Source: Candidatus Marinacidobacterales bacterium (GTDB lineage Bacteria > Acidobacteriota > Vicinamibacteria > Marinacidobacterales > SMYC01). From it: a stretch of 64,000 nt of DNA. The translations under genes were made by a program, and so were the position numbers. Shown here piece after piece: positions 50,873 through 61,130 of this stretch. The notes beneath the pieces were generated by a model. That model had not been told where the DNA came from, did no database searches, and saw only the letters and a list, made by a program, of their open reading frames with translations. How positions within the stretch are numbered: the first letter of the stretch is position 1; each line of letters starts with the position of its first letter. The stretch covers positions 6,272,001-6,336,000 of the forward strand of contig OZ250169.1 of assembly GCA_965237955.1 (NCBI GenBank), given 5' to 3'.

Positions 50873-53817
50873 GACTCCAGACGGGAGCGAGCGTCATCGA
50901 CCATCTCCACCTCCCAGTCGGCGTCGCTCCACATGCCGAGAAATCTCTCAAGCAGACGGCGCCCTTGCACGCGAGAGCCGCTTTCAAGCTCGTGCACGCC
51001 GAGCTGGTACAAGGTACGCGCGTAAATAACCGGATGATCCAAGCGCTCGGCGCCGCTCGCTAGCAAATCCTCCATCGCCTGTGAGGCTCGCTCGTCATCG
51101 CCGAGGGCGACGTAGCTGCGCACCAAACCGTCGCGAATGGCTGCGCCCGCGCTAGAGCACGTCGACGACCAGTCGAGCATGAGTGGGCGCGACACCAGCG
51201 CTTCGAAAATATCGCGCCCCGCGACCCGATCGCGGCCCCGGTAGAGCGCCATCTCGCCCGTCAGCGCATCGAGATACATCTGTGCCGAAGCGCTCGTCGC
51301 CGCCGCGGGGAGATTCTCGATCGTGCTCAAGTAACGTTTGGCTGCTTCGGTGTCGTCGTCGAACAATGCCATCCGGCCGGCGAAGTAGAGACCGCGCCAG
51401 CTATCCGGCTGGATCGAAAGCGCCTTCTCGATTTCCGTGCGTGCGGCTCCGATCTCGCCATCGAGGTACAAGAGCTCGGCCGCCGCGTGGAGCGCGCTCG
51501 CGGGCACTCCGCCGCTCCCCCCTTCGTGGGTGCGAAAACCACTCGCCAGCCCCGCCTGCCGGTAGAAATCGAGGGCTTGGTCGAACTCTCCGACGTACGT
51601 GTGAAAGACCGCCCGGTTGCGGAGCGCCCACGCACGCAGGTGATCGGAGCGCCACTCATCGGGGTCCTGTTCCGTAAATCGCCGCGCCACATCCCAGCGG
51701 GACGCCATCATCGCCGCCGCCGCTTGAAAGAGCGGACCTTCGATCCACGAGAACGCTTGCCCGAACCCAAGCGCCTCTTCGGGCTGTCCCTCCAACGTGG
51801 CGAGAATCGAACGCAGACCCTCGACCTTCGCGGGGTGCACAACGTCCCACTCCGCCATCCGAGCCCGCGCGGCGTCGGCATCGCCACTGAATGCGTAGCT
51901 AAGCGCGAGCCGATCGTAAATTTGATGAAAGGATGGGTCGAGAGACAGAAGATGCTCCATGTGCTCGATCGCAAGCGCGGTGTCTCCGTCTCGAAGCGAG
52001 TGCACGTAGATTTGGCTCAGAATGTAGAGCACTTCTTTTTGATCCGGGTCGCGCTCGAGCGTCCTCTCGAGCAACGGGATCGCTCGAGAAAACGCGCCGT
52101 CTTGATACAAGGCGTTGGCTTCGATGACGTCGCGAAGATGAGACGGTGCCCGATCGAGCGACGCCGCCGCCCGCCGAGCCGCTTGATGAGCCAAAGCTCC
52201 ATCGGAAAGCCAACGCGCCGCCACGCTCAACCGGTGGTGCGCGAGAGAGAACTCCGGATCGAGCCGGACCGCTTCGGTGAACTCCTCCACCGCGGAGTCG
52301 AGCTCCGACGCATGGAGGAACATCTCACCTTCGACGTAGTGCCGATAGGCATCGACGGAAAATGTCGCCGGGGTGCTTGCCCAATCCGTTACTGGTGTCG
52401 ACGTCAACTGCACGCGCAGTTGCTCGCCGAGCGAGTCCGCGAGCACGAAGATGTCGTCAGCGCTCGAGCCACTCGCTTGTTGTGACGACATCGACCGCCC
52501 GGTGACGACGTCCACGAGCTCGGTCGTCGCCATCAACCGTCCGCCCGCCTCGGCTACACGCCCGACGATCATCGTGCGGATACCGGCGGCTTCGGCGACA
52601 GCGGTCGCGATGGAGCGATCGACTTCGGCATTCTCGAGGCCGAGCCCGCGTGCGATGTCGTGAAGTCGTTGGTGGCTCATGACGTCCACCTCGCCCAGTG
52701 ACGACAACTCACTCGTGAGAAGCTGAGTGAGCATACGGGCGGTTTGTCCTTCGTCGGTGGGATCGGACAAGTTCTCGAAGTACATCACCGCCACGGCATC
52801 GTCATCGAGACCGGGCGTGTCGCGCGGGTTCACGAGAAACAATGCCAATGCGGCCACCAAAGCGAGACCGGCCGTCGCCATCACCCCTCGTCTCGCCCGC
52901 TTGGTGCGCATCCGATGGGTTGCGGATTCCGGACCCGCCGTGTCTTTGCGAGTTTTCTCAAGCTCAGTGCTCTGCTCGAGCCTCTCAAGATCGCCGCGCA
53001 GGGCGTGCATGCTCTGGTAGCGCTCGCCCATTGGCTTTCTCAACGCCTTGTCGACCACATCGGCTAGTCGAGGAGAAACGTCGGGACGTTGCGCGTCGAC
53101 GCGCGCCGGCTCTTCGTGCAAAAGGTGATCGAGCAGTTGCGTGGCGGTCGCTCCCGCGAACGGCCGCTCCCCTACGAGCATCTCGTACAGGAGGCAGCCG
53201 AAGGCAAAAACGTCGCTTCGAGCATCCACGGTCTGACCGAGCGCCTGCTCCGGCGCCATGTACGCGATCGTGCCGACAACCATACCGGCTTGCGTAAGCC
53301 GCACCATGGTTTCGCTCTCGGGCCCGACGGCGCCGAGCGCACCCGGCATTGTTTTCGCGAGACCGAAGTCCAGAATTTTTGGAACCCCGAGCTCGGAAAC
53401 GACCACGTTCGCCGGTTTCAGATCCCTGTGAACGATTCCGTGATCGTGGGCGTACGCGAGCGCACCTGACAGTGCGAGCGCTATGTCGACGACGCGCTCG
53501 GGTGCGAGACGCACGTCGCGATCGAGAATGGACTCGAGCGTCTCCCCTTCGACGAGCTCGAACGCGATGAAGTGAACACCGTCGGCTTCGCCGATCTCGT
53601 GGATCGTCGTGATGTTGGGATGATTGAGCGCCGAGCACGACCGCGCTTCAGCGACGAACCGCTCGCGATGCTCGGGCTTTTGCGCGAGGTCGGGAGAGAG
53701 CACCTTGAGGGCGACGTCGCGCGCTAGTCGCGGGTCGTGGGCCACGTACACGGAGCCCATCCCGCCACGCCCTAGCAAACGTTTCAGTTGGTATACGCCC
53801 AGGGTTTCTGTTTTCAT
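50869..53817 (-). CDS. Membrane Ser/Thr protein kinase (Hanks type) with TolB-N-like and TPR extracytoplasmic domains
   Basis: LGRGGMG, VALK, HRDLKPAN, DFG, YMAPE, TM helix, VAVMYFENLS, TPR-like repeats. Confidence 0.9.
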   Translation of the reverse strand: MKTETLGVYQLKRLLGRGGMGSVYVAHDPRLARDVALKVLSPDLAQKPEHRERFVAEARSCSALNHPNITTIHEIGEADGVHFIAFELVEGETLESILDRDVRLAPERVVDIALALSGALAYAHDHGIVHRDLKPANVVVSELGVPKILDFGLAKTMPGALGAVGPESETMVRLTQAGMVVGTIAYMAPEQALGQTVDARSDVFAFGCLLYEMLVGERPFAGATATQLLDHLLHEEPARVDAQRPDVSPRLADVVDKALRKPMGERYQSMHALRGDLERLEQSTELEKTRKDTAGPESATHRMRTKRARRGVMATAGLALVAALALFLVNPRDTPGLDDDAVAVMYFENLSDPTDEGQTARMLTQLLTSELSSLGEVDVMSHQRLHDIARGLGLENAEVDRSIATAVAEAAGIRTMIVGRVAEAGGRLMATTELVDVVTGRSMSSQQASGSSADDIFVLADSLGEQLRVQLTSTPVTDWASTPATFSVDAYRHYVEGEMFLHASELDSAVEEFTEAVRLDPEFSLAHHRLSVAARWLSDGALAHQAARRAAASLDRAPSHLRDVIEANALYQDGAFSRAIPLLERTLERDPDQKEVLYILSQIYVHSLRDGDTALAIEHMEHLLSLDPSFHQIYDRLALSYAFSGDADAARARMAEWDVVHPAKVEGLRSILATLEGQPEEALGFGQAFSWIEGPLFQAAAAMMASRWDVARRFTEQDPDEWRSDHLRAWALRNRAVFHTYVGEFDQALDFYRQAGLASGFRTHEGGSGGVPASALHAAAELLYLDGEIGAARTEIEKALSIQPDSWRGLYFAGRMALFDDDTEAAKRYLSTIENLPAAATSASAQMYLDALTGEMALYRGRDRVAGRDIFEALVSRPLMLDWSSTCSSAGAAIRDGLVRSYVALGDDERASQAMEDLLASGAERLDHPVIYARTLYQLGVHELESGSRVQGRRLLERFLGMWSDADWEVEMVDDARSRLES

Positions 53818-53921
53818 TACCCCTCCGTCACGCGCGAAACGGATTCGTCGTGACCGCACCTCTCCTTGGTTACTAATCATATCATCGGAATGCAAAAGTC
53901 CAGTCGCTGTAGAATTCGCCT

Positions 53922-54704
53922 ATGAGATGGCTTGCACCTTTCCTCATCGGTGTCTTGTTCGCGAGCCCCGGGTTCGCCACCTGGTCCATCGTCGCAGTCG
54001 ATCGAAGCACTGGACAGCTCGTGATCGCTTCGGCCACGTGCGTTTCTCAGGCACGGTTCGCAACCTTTCCGGCCGAAGGCCTCATGGACATCCAGGCCGT
54101 CGTCGTTCCCGGAAAAGGCATTGCCGCCGTGCAAGCTCGAGTCGACCGAACCCGGGCCAACCAGACCCTCATTTCCGAAGAGCTTCGACAAGGCACGGCT
54201 CCGATCGAAATCTTGTCGAAGCTTCGCGAAGACCCGGACATCGAAAGACGTCAGTTCGGCATCGTGGACGTGGAGGGCCGCAGTGCCGGCCATTCGGGCA
54301 CGGAGAACGGAGAAGCTTCGCTCGACGTACAAGGTCGAGTCTCAGGCACAGACATCGTGTACTCCATCCAGGGCAACACTCTCGCGAGTGACGACGTGAT
54401 CCACGACGCCGTCACCATGTTCGAGAAAACGGAGGGAAAGCTCGCTGATCGGGTCATGGCGGCCATGGAGGCTGCCGACGCTGCCGCTGGCGATCGACGG
54501 TGCAGGTGCGAGACCGAACCTCTCTCCGAAGCTCCCTGCGACGGGAAGTCGGCGCACGTCGCCTATATTCTCGAATCCGACGCAACGACTCCCGAGAGCG
54601 AACCTACGCTCTACATCGACGTGACCGACGAGAACATCGAGCCCCACGAGAACCCGAATCCGATCAAGACTCTCCGTACGCGTTACGACGCGCGCGAGCC
54701 CTAA
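53922..54704 (+). CDS. DUF1028 family (Ntn-hydrolase-like) secreted protein
   Basis: Signal peptide then TWSIVAVD, RQFGIVD, QGNTL, AGDRR. Confidence 0.85.
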   Translation: MRWLAPFLIGVLFASPGFATWSIVAVDRSTGQLVIASATCVSQARFATFPAEGLMDIQAVVVPGKGIAAVQARVDRTRANQTLISEELRQGTAPIEILSKLREDPDIERRQFGIVDVEGRSAGHSGTENGEASLDVQGRVSGTDIVYSIQGNTLASDDVIHDAVTMFEKTEGKLADRVMAAMEAADAAAGDRRCRCETEPLSEAPCDGKSAHVAYILESDATTPESEPTLYIDVTDENIEPHENPNPIKTLRTRYDAREP

Positions 54705-54740
54705 TGCATTGTTAGAAGACGCCTTGAACCCTGTGACACG

Positions 54741-55712
54741 ATGATCGAAGACTCCCTCGCTCCGAGCTTGGACGACGTCGTGAGCGCGGCCGAACGCATC
54801 CGCGGGCTCGTCCACCGGACGCCGCTTCTCTCGTCCCGTGCCCTGAGCGAGCGCTCCGGTCTCGAGGTATGGCTGAAGGCCGAGAATCTCCAGAAAACCG
54901 GGAGCTTCAAACCGCGCGGCGTATTCAACAAAGTGCTCCAGCTGCCGCCGGAAGCGCGCGCAGCCGGAATCGTGACCGCGTCGGCCGGCAACAACGGCCA
55001 GGCGGTCGCCTACGTGGCCGCTCACCAGCGAATCCCAGGCTACGTCGTCATGCCCGAGGGAGCGAACCGAAGCAAAGTTGCCGCGGTTCGCGAGTACGGC
55101 GGCGAAGCGATCCTCCATGGAGAGATTTGGGACGACGCTTTCGCGCACTCACTCACGATCGCGGACGAAAAAGGGCTCACCTACGTTCATCCGTTCAAAG
55201 ACCGGATGATCATGGCGGGACAAGGCACGATCGCCCTCGAGATCGTCAAAGAGCTACCGGACGTGGAAGCCGTACTCGTTCCCATCGGCGGTGGCGGTCT
55301 CATCGGCGGCATTGCGACCGCGATGAAGCTCAAAAACCCTGAGGTCCGCATTATCGGGGTCGAGCCCGAGTCGGCCGCCAATTTCAAAACGAGTCACGAC
55401 TCCGGCGAGCCCGTCGAGCTCGACACGGTCACAACGCGCGCCGACGGCCTCGCCACCAAGAAAACCGATCCCGACGTCTTCGAGACCATCGAGGCGAGCG
55501 TCGACGACTACGTGACCGTGAGCGATGACGCCATGATCCACGCCATCAGTTTCTTGCTCGAGCGCACCAAGCTCTTGGCTGAAATCTCGGGCGCCGCCAC
55601 GACCGCCGCGCTTCTTTCTGGCGCAGTGGACCTACCGCCGAAAACGAAAATCGTCGCCATCGTCTCCGGTGGCAACTTCGACGTGTCTGGAAAGCTAGAG
55701 CTTCACGTCTGA
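54741..55712 (+). CDS. Threonine/serine dehydratase (PLP fold II)
   Basis: KAENLQKTGSFKPRG, SAGN, GQGT, PIGGGGL, SGGN. Confidence 0.9.
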   Translation: MIEDSLAPSLDDVVSAAERIRGLVHRTPLLSSRALSERSGLEVWLKAENLQKTGSFKPRGVFNKVLQLPPEARAAGIVTASAGNNGQAVAYVAAHQRIPGYVVMPEGANRSKVAAVREYGGEAILHGEIWDDAFAHSLTIADEKGLTYVHPFKDRMIMAGQGTIALEIVKELPDVEAVLVPIGGGGLIGGIATAMKLKNPEVRIIGVEPESAANFKTSHDSGEPVELDTVTTRADGLATKKTDPDVFETIEASVDDYVTVSDDAMIHAISFLLERTKLLAEISGAATTAALLSGAVDLPPKTKIVAIVSGGNFDVSGKLELHV

Positions 55713-55764
55713 CCAGGAGATGGCTACCGAAGCACAGCGAAGCAGAGCCGCAATCCAAATCTTT

Positions 55765-55847
55765 CAACGCAAGGACGCCAAGACGCAAAAGAACGTCAGC
55801 ACCCGAATGCAGGTCTTTGCGCCTTGCGACTCTGCGCCTTTGCGTTG
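55765..55847. repeat. REP-like palindromic 8-mer element between convergent genes
   Basis: CAACGCAAGGACGCCAAGACGCAAAAG...CTTTGCGCCTTGCGACTCTGCGCCTTTGCGTTG. Confidence 0.85.
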
Positions 55848-55880
55848 AGTTTTTTATCGTCCCGGTCGCCTCGAGGATCC

Positions 55881-57020
55881 TTACCAGCCGCGGACGGGCC
55901 GCCACTCCTCGACGACTTCATTGCCGCGGGTCACGTGGTAGCGATCGAAGAGTGCCGCGGACAAACACGAATGGTTGGGCAGGATGCGCAGCTTGGAGCC
56001 AACCGGAAACCTCTCGACGTCGGTTGGCCCGCGACCTTGGATCTTCCCGTGCTCTTGAGAAAGTGACGCGACCCGCAAACCGTCGAGTACCCGTCCGTCG
56101 TCGGGCGAGACGATCGCGCCGAAACCGCAATCGGGATCGATGTGCGTTGGTCCCTCGTCCTTGGAGAATGCGAGGGCGCCGCCATCGATAAGAAGCTCGT
56201 TCCGCTCGGGGTAGTGCCCGATGACGCTGACGAGCACCGAGAATGCCACGTCGTCGAACGAGCAACTCCCGATGGCCGCTTGAAACCGATCGTAGAACGC
56301 GTAGTTCCCGGGCCGAGCCTCGGTGATACCTTGGAGCGAATCGGCCACGGACATCGTCGGCGTGGAGCCGATACTCACCTCTGCCGGACGCGCGCCGGCA
56401 CTATCGAGTTTTTGCGCGAAGCGCACCATCACGGTTTTTTCCGCCTCACCGACGGCGCGAACTTCGGTCGGCGTCTTCCCGAGGTAGGAATGCCCCGCGT
56501 GCGTGAGGAGTCCTCGAGCCACGACGTGGGTTGAGTCGTGCAAACGAAGCGCGAGCCTAATTGCATCGTCGCTTTCGGGATCCACTCCGGCACGGTGGTA
56601 GCCGCAGTCGACCTTGAGATACGCGGAAAACGTCACCCCTTTCGCTCGGGCCAAAGCCTCCATCGCCTCGAGCGTCGCTTCGTGGTCGATGAGCAGGTTC
56701 AGTTCATCGAGCGCGGACGCCACCTCGACGGCTTCTTCGAGACGCGCCGGTGCGATCGGTACCGCGTAGGTGATATTGCGGAAACCAGCACGGCCGAAAT
56801 AGCGTGCCTCCGCCAGCGTCGAGACGGTGATGCCGCCGAAATGGCCGCGTACCTGAAAGCGCGCAGCCTCGATACATTTGTGGGTTTTGACGTGGGGACG
56901 AAGCTTGACGCCCGCATGACGCATGCGCTCTGACATCCGCGCGGTATTCGCCTCGAGCTTGTCGAGATCGACGAGGGCGACCGGCGTCTTCAGCTCCCCC
57001 CAAAGCATGCCTCTCAGCAT
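55881..57020 (-). CDS. DSD1/D-threonine-aldolase-like PLP enzyme (alanine racemase fold)
   Basis: LRPHVKTHK, KVDCGYHRAG, HAGHSY, GSTPT, SQEHG, PNHSC. Confidence 0.88.
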   Translation of the reverse strand: MLRGMLWGELKTPVALVDLDKLEANTARMSERMRHAGVKLRPHVKTHKCIEAARFQVRGHFGGITVSTLAEARYFGRAGFRNITYAVPIAPARLEEAVEVASALDELNLLIDHEATLEAMEALARAKGVTFSAYLKVDCGYHRAGVDPESDDAIRLALRLHDSTHVVARGLLTHAGHSYLGKTPTEVRAVGEAEKTVMVRFAQKLDSAGARPAEVSIGSTPTMSVADSLQGITEARPGNYAFYDRFQAAIGSCSFDDVAFSVLVSVIGHYPERNELLIDGGALAFSKDEGPTHIDPDCGFGAIVSPDDGRVLDGLRVASLSQEHGKIQGRGPTDVERFPVGSKLRILPNHSCLSAALFDRYHVTRGNEVVEEWRPVRGW

Positions 57021-57078
57021 AACAAAAGTTCGGCGCTCCGTTTGATCAGACTGCCCCTTTCAAGTTAGAAATCCACTG

Positions 57079-58367
57079 ATGCAGACGCAGACGCAGACGC
57101 CGACGAACCGTGACGAGCTCGAACGACACCAACTGACCCGTTTGAACGATCCCGAGAGCGGGCTGTCCCTGCTGCGTGCGCAAAACGCCTTCTACCGTAC
57201 GAAGCTCGACGGGATCGCGCTCCCGCTCGCCTCCCTCGAGGCGTTCACCGAGCTTCCATTCACGCTGAAGTCCGAGCTCGTCGACGATCAGCAACAAAAT
57301 CCGCCGTACGGCACCAACCTCACCTACGAGCCCGGTGCGTACAACGGCATCCACGCGACGTCGGGGACGACGGGCCGGCGTCTCAAATGCCTCGATACCC
57401 GCGAGAGCTGGGCCTGGTTCACTTACTGCTGGCAGGAAATCTACCGCGCCATCGGCGTCGGCTCGGACGATCGGGTGTTCGCCGCGTTCGGCTTCGGACC
57501 GTTCGTGGGCTTTTGGGCAGGTTTCGAGGCCGCGCAGCAGATCGGTGCGCTTGCGATCCCCGCGGGAGCGCAGAGCTCTGACAGCGTTTGGATTGGCTTC
57601 TCGAAAGCGACGCAACAGTTTTGCTGTCGACACCGACGTACTCGTTGCGGCTCATCGAGGTCGCGCGCGCGAAGGGCATCGATCTCGCATCGTCTGCGAT
57701 CAAGAACACCATTCATGCGGGAGAGCCTGGTGCGAACATACCGACGATCCGCGGGCGGATCGAGACCGCGTGGGGCGCGAAGTGTTGGGACCATGCCGGT
57801 ATGAGCGAAGTCGGTCCTTGGGGATACCAGTGTCCCGAGGACGAAGGTCTGCACCTCATCGAAACCGAGTTCTACGCCGAAGTGTTAGAGGTCGGCGGTG
57901 ACACCCCCGTCGCCGAGGGTGCGACCGGCGAGCTCGTTATGAGCAAACTCGACCGCTGGGCTCAGCCGGCGCTTCGCTACCGAACCGGAGACATCGTGCG
58001 CTTGAAGTCGACGCCGTGCGCCTGCGGCAGCCCGTTCATTCGATTTCCAGGAGGAGTTCTCGGGCGCGTCGACGATATGATCCAAGTGCGGGGTGTCAAC
58101 GTCTACCCGAGCGCGGTCGAGGCGATCATCCGAGAAGAGCCGAACGTCGTCGAGTTTCAGGTCGATATCCGCAAGGAACGAGAAATGTGGGAGATGCGGA
58201 TCGAGATCGAATTGGATCCGGCGGCGAGCGACGATACCGTCCGCGCTGGCCTCGCCGAAGCTCTGGGAAACCGCCTCGGCATTCGCAGCGACGTCGACGT
58301 GGTCGCCGCGGCGAGCCTTCCCCGTTACGAGCTGAAAGCACGGCGCTTTCGCATCCATCGCTCGTAA
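57079..58367 (+). pseudogene. Phenylacetate-CoA ligase (PaaK) family protein with a frameshift near 57582
   Basis: LPFTLKSEL, TSGTTG in frame 1; TPTY, AGEPG, AGMSE, RYRTGD, GRVDDM, RGVNVYP in frame 2. Confidence 0.85.
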
Positions 58368-58582
58368 CCGTTTCAAAGCAATACATCAATGAACTGCACG
58401 ACGCAGTGAAAACCCCACACCACGGGTTTCACAGCGTGGGACTCTCCCAACGTTATTCCCAAAAACGGACACTTTCCCAAGCGGGTTTTTGCCCTTGGGC
58501 GCAGCAAAACGTGATCGTAATCACCTGAACAATCGGCAGTTGTGGCCGGCCGTCAACATTGCCGGCAACTCGAGCGGCTATC

Positions 58583-58597
58583 TGGAACGCATCTTGT
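58583..58597 (+). promoter_or_regulatory. Possible sigma54 -24/-12 promoter
   Basis: TGGAACG-N4-TTGT versus consensus TGGCACG-N4-TTGC, about 40 nt upstream of ATG 58635. Confidence 0.4.
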
Positions 58598-58634
58598 AGG
58601 TAGGTATCAAACGCCGGGAAGGAGAAAGGTGCTG

Positions 58635-59205
58635 ATGCCTGTGTTAGAATCCCACATTTACGACATCTTCAAACAGTACTCGCGCCTGTACGAGCTGCGC
58701 AACAACGGGGAGGGACAACTCAGCCCTGGAGCTCCAGAAAGAGTGGGTCGAGGTGACGTTCACACTCGACAGCATTTTCTCGGGACTCTATCGGCCTGAC
58801 AACAGAACCCCCGACGCAGCGGCTACCCCCACAAGCTTGAGGAACAACGTGCCGGTCGAGTTCCTGCGCGTTCCCGCCGAAGCCGACGTCTTGTGCGAGA
58901 CGAAGGACAATTTCTTCTCGGGTAAGCTCCAGGACATCAGTGTGGGCGGCGCCTATATCCACTCGCCCATCCCCTTCCGGGTAGACAGCACCGTTCGCCT
59001 CACATTTTGCACCTTCCGCGATCGCCAGCCGCTCGAGGTCGACGCTCGCATCGCGTGGAGCAATCCCGGCGGCATCCGCAAGCACACGTTTCCCGAAGGC
59101 GCGGGTGTCGAGTTCACGAACTGTGACAACCCGAGGCGGGACCAGCTGCAGGACTACGTCTACGAGCTCGTCGAAGACACGTTGTCCCGTGCCCACCTTA
59201 TTTAA
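58635..59205 (+). CDS. PilZ-domain protein, probably frameshifted near 58725
   Basis: C-terminal DISVGG motif, ARIAW, GAGVEF; RBS plus ATG at 58635 encodes a continuous-looking N-terminus in another frame. Confidence 0.7.
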
Positions 59206-59238
59206 AGACTGATCACAGGCGCTGCGACAATACCGGCC

Positions 59239-59721
59239 ATGATGTCCGGTCTTGTCGCCCTCGTCTTCGTTCTGATGCTCGCGGGCGTTGCCGGCTCGCT
59301 TCTTCCCGTCATACCAGGTACGCCGCTCATCCTTTTGGGCGCGCTCATCTACGCCGTCGCTACCGATTTCCAGCCCGTCGATGGATGGCGACTCCTCTTG
59401 CTCGTCGGCCTCGCCGTCGTCGCCTACACGCTGGACTATTTGTCCGGAGCTCTCGGGACCCGAAAGCTCGGCGGTAGCCGATGGGCGATGTTCGGCGCTG
59501 TCGGTGGCGGACTCGTTGGACTGTTCTTCGGACCGTTGGGAATTCTCATCGGCCCGATCCTCGGAGCCGTCGCCGTCGAGTTGATTTATCGAAAAGACTT
59601 GAACGTGGCTCTCAAGAGTGGCGTGGGTGCCGTGATTGGCGTGTTCCTCGGCGTCGTCGCCAAGCTCTCGGTCGCGGTGATCATGGTCGGCTTGTTTTCG
59701 CTGTGGGTGTTCCGGGGATGA
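59239..59721 (+). CDS. DUF456 family membrane protein
   Basis: PVIPG, GTRKLGGSR, GPLGILIGPILGA. Confidence 0.85.
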   Translation: MMSGLVALVFVLMLAGVAGSLLPVIPGTPLILLGALIYAVATDFQPVDGWRLLLLVGLAVVAYTLDYLSGALGTRKLGGSRWAMFGAVGGGLVGLFFGPLGILIGPILGAVAVELIYRKDLNVALKSGVGAVIGVFLGVVAKLSVAVIMVGLFSLWVFRG

Positions 59722-60167
59722 GCTCTGCGTCTTATCGCGACTGGATGACGGCCGCGCTCGAGCAGGCCGAGAAGTCGTGGCGCGAGGGCGGCATCCCCAT
59801 TGGCTCGGTCCTGGTGTCACCCGCCGGCGAGATCGTCGCTCGGGGGCACAACGAGCGCGTACAGTCAGGCGACCCCACCGCACACGCGGAAATGGTCGCG
59901 GTGCGCCGCGCCGGCCGGCGTCGGGACTGGAGCGAGCTGACGCTGGTATCGACATTGAGCCCCTGTCCGATGTGCTCGGGCACCGCCATCCTCCACAAAA
60001 TCCCCGTGGTCGTCATCGGAGAGAATCGGACTTTTCAAGGAGCCGAGGATTGGATGCGACAACAGGGCATAGAGCTCCATGTTCTCGACGACGAGCGCGC
60101 CATCGCTCTGATGGAACGTCTCCAGAAAGAAAGACCTGAGCTTTGGGCCGAGGATATCGGGGAGTAA
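59718..60167 (+). CDS. Zinc-dependent nucleoside/cytosine deaminase
   Basis: EGGIPIG, HAE, PCPMC, WAEDIGE (yeast-type cytosine deaminase-like ending). Confidence 0.88.
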   Translation: MSSASYRDWMTAALEQAEKSWREGGIPIGSVLVSPAGEIVARGHNERVQSGDPTAHAEMVAVRRAGRRRDWSELTLVSTLSPCPMCSGTAILHKIPVVVIGENRTFQGAEDWMRQQGIELHVLDDERAIALMERLQKERPELWAEDIGE

Positions 60168-60194
60168 TGTAGACTGCGGCCGGAGGTTTTTTTT

Positions 60195-60884
60195 GTGGCA
60201 ACGACGGCGCATATCACTCCCGCGCTTTTTCGCTTTTTTCGCGAGTTGAAGCGGAACAACGACCGCGACTGGTTCCAGAAGAACAAGACGCGCTACCAAG
60301 ACGTGGTGCGGGATCCTCTCTTAGAGCTCGTGTCCGACTTTGCGCCTCGTCTGCACAAGATCAGCTCGCACCTCGTCGCCGACCCGAGACCGAACGGCGG
60401 ATCGCTCTTTCGCATCTATCGCGACGTTCGCTTCTCGAAAGACAAGACACCCTACAAAACCACCGCCGGCGTGCGCTTCCCGCACGAAGAATGCAAAAAC
60501 GTCCACGCACCCGGCTACTACCTGCATCTCGAGCCTGGTTCGGTATTCGCCGGGGCGGGCATTTGGCATCCGGAGCCGACGACGCTCAGGAAAGTCAGGG
60601 ACAAAATCGTCGCCGATCCCAAAGGCTACCAACGTTCCGTCTCGGGGAAAGCGTTCAACGCTCAATGTGAGCTCGGCGGCGAATCCTTGAAGCGACCACC
60701 AAGGGGCTACGACCCCGATCACCCGCTCATCGACGAGCTCAAGCGCAAAGACTTCATCGCCTACGTTCCCTTCACGGAGAAACAGGCTTGCAGCAACGAC
60801 TTCCCCAAACGGCTCGCCGCGGCGTTTAGGCTAATGGCTCCGTTCACCGCGTACTTGACGCGTGCCGTGGGGGCGCCCTGGTAA
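60195..60884 (+). CDS. DUF2461 (TIGR02453) family protein
   Basis: NNDRDWF, FRIYRDVRFSKDKTPYK, LKRPPRGY. Confidence 0.9.
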   Translation: MATTAHITPALFRFFRELKRNNDRDWFQKNKTRYQDVVRDPLLELVSDFAPRLHKISSHLVADPRPNGGSLFRIYRDVRFSKDKTPYKTTAGVRFPHEECKNVHAPGYYLHLEPGSVFAGAGIWHPEPTTLRKVRDKIVADPKGYQRSVSGKAFNAQCELGGESLKRPPRGYDPDHPLIDELKRKDFIAYVPFTEKQACSNDFPKRLAAAFRLMAPFTAYLTRAVGAPW

Positions 60885-61021
60885 CGACGACTCTAGGCTT
60901 GCGGGAGCGGCCGGCGCACGATCAAGTGCTCTTCCACAATCTGACTGCGGCGAAGGGCTTTTCAAATTAGACACGGGGTGAAGGGTCGCGCGATAAGGCG
61001 CGGGTTTCCAATCTCGACGCT

Positions 61022-61050
61022 GCAAGCGCAGAATCGCGCTTGCTTTTCCT
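61022..61050 (+). terminator. Possible intrinsic terminator
   Basis: GCAAGCGC-AGAATC-GCGCTTGC hairpin followed by TTTTCCTT. Confidence 0.45.
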
Positions 61051-61130
61051 TGTTCGATCCGATTAGCATCAAAAGCTTGGGAAGTGGTGTGCCACAGTTG
61101 GAGTTGTGATCTTTTAGAAGAGAGTGCTGT

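Noticed and set aside
55720-55848. RBS-preceded short ORF (about 43 codons) crossing the REP-like element
   Set aside because: The sequence is explained by the repeat; no protein-like signal, so probably incidental.
60890-61130. Riboswitch upstream of the ammonia-lyase
   Set aside because: Only a terminator-like hairpin is visible; no known aptamer consensus was recognised.
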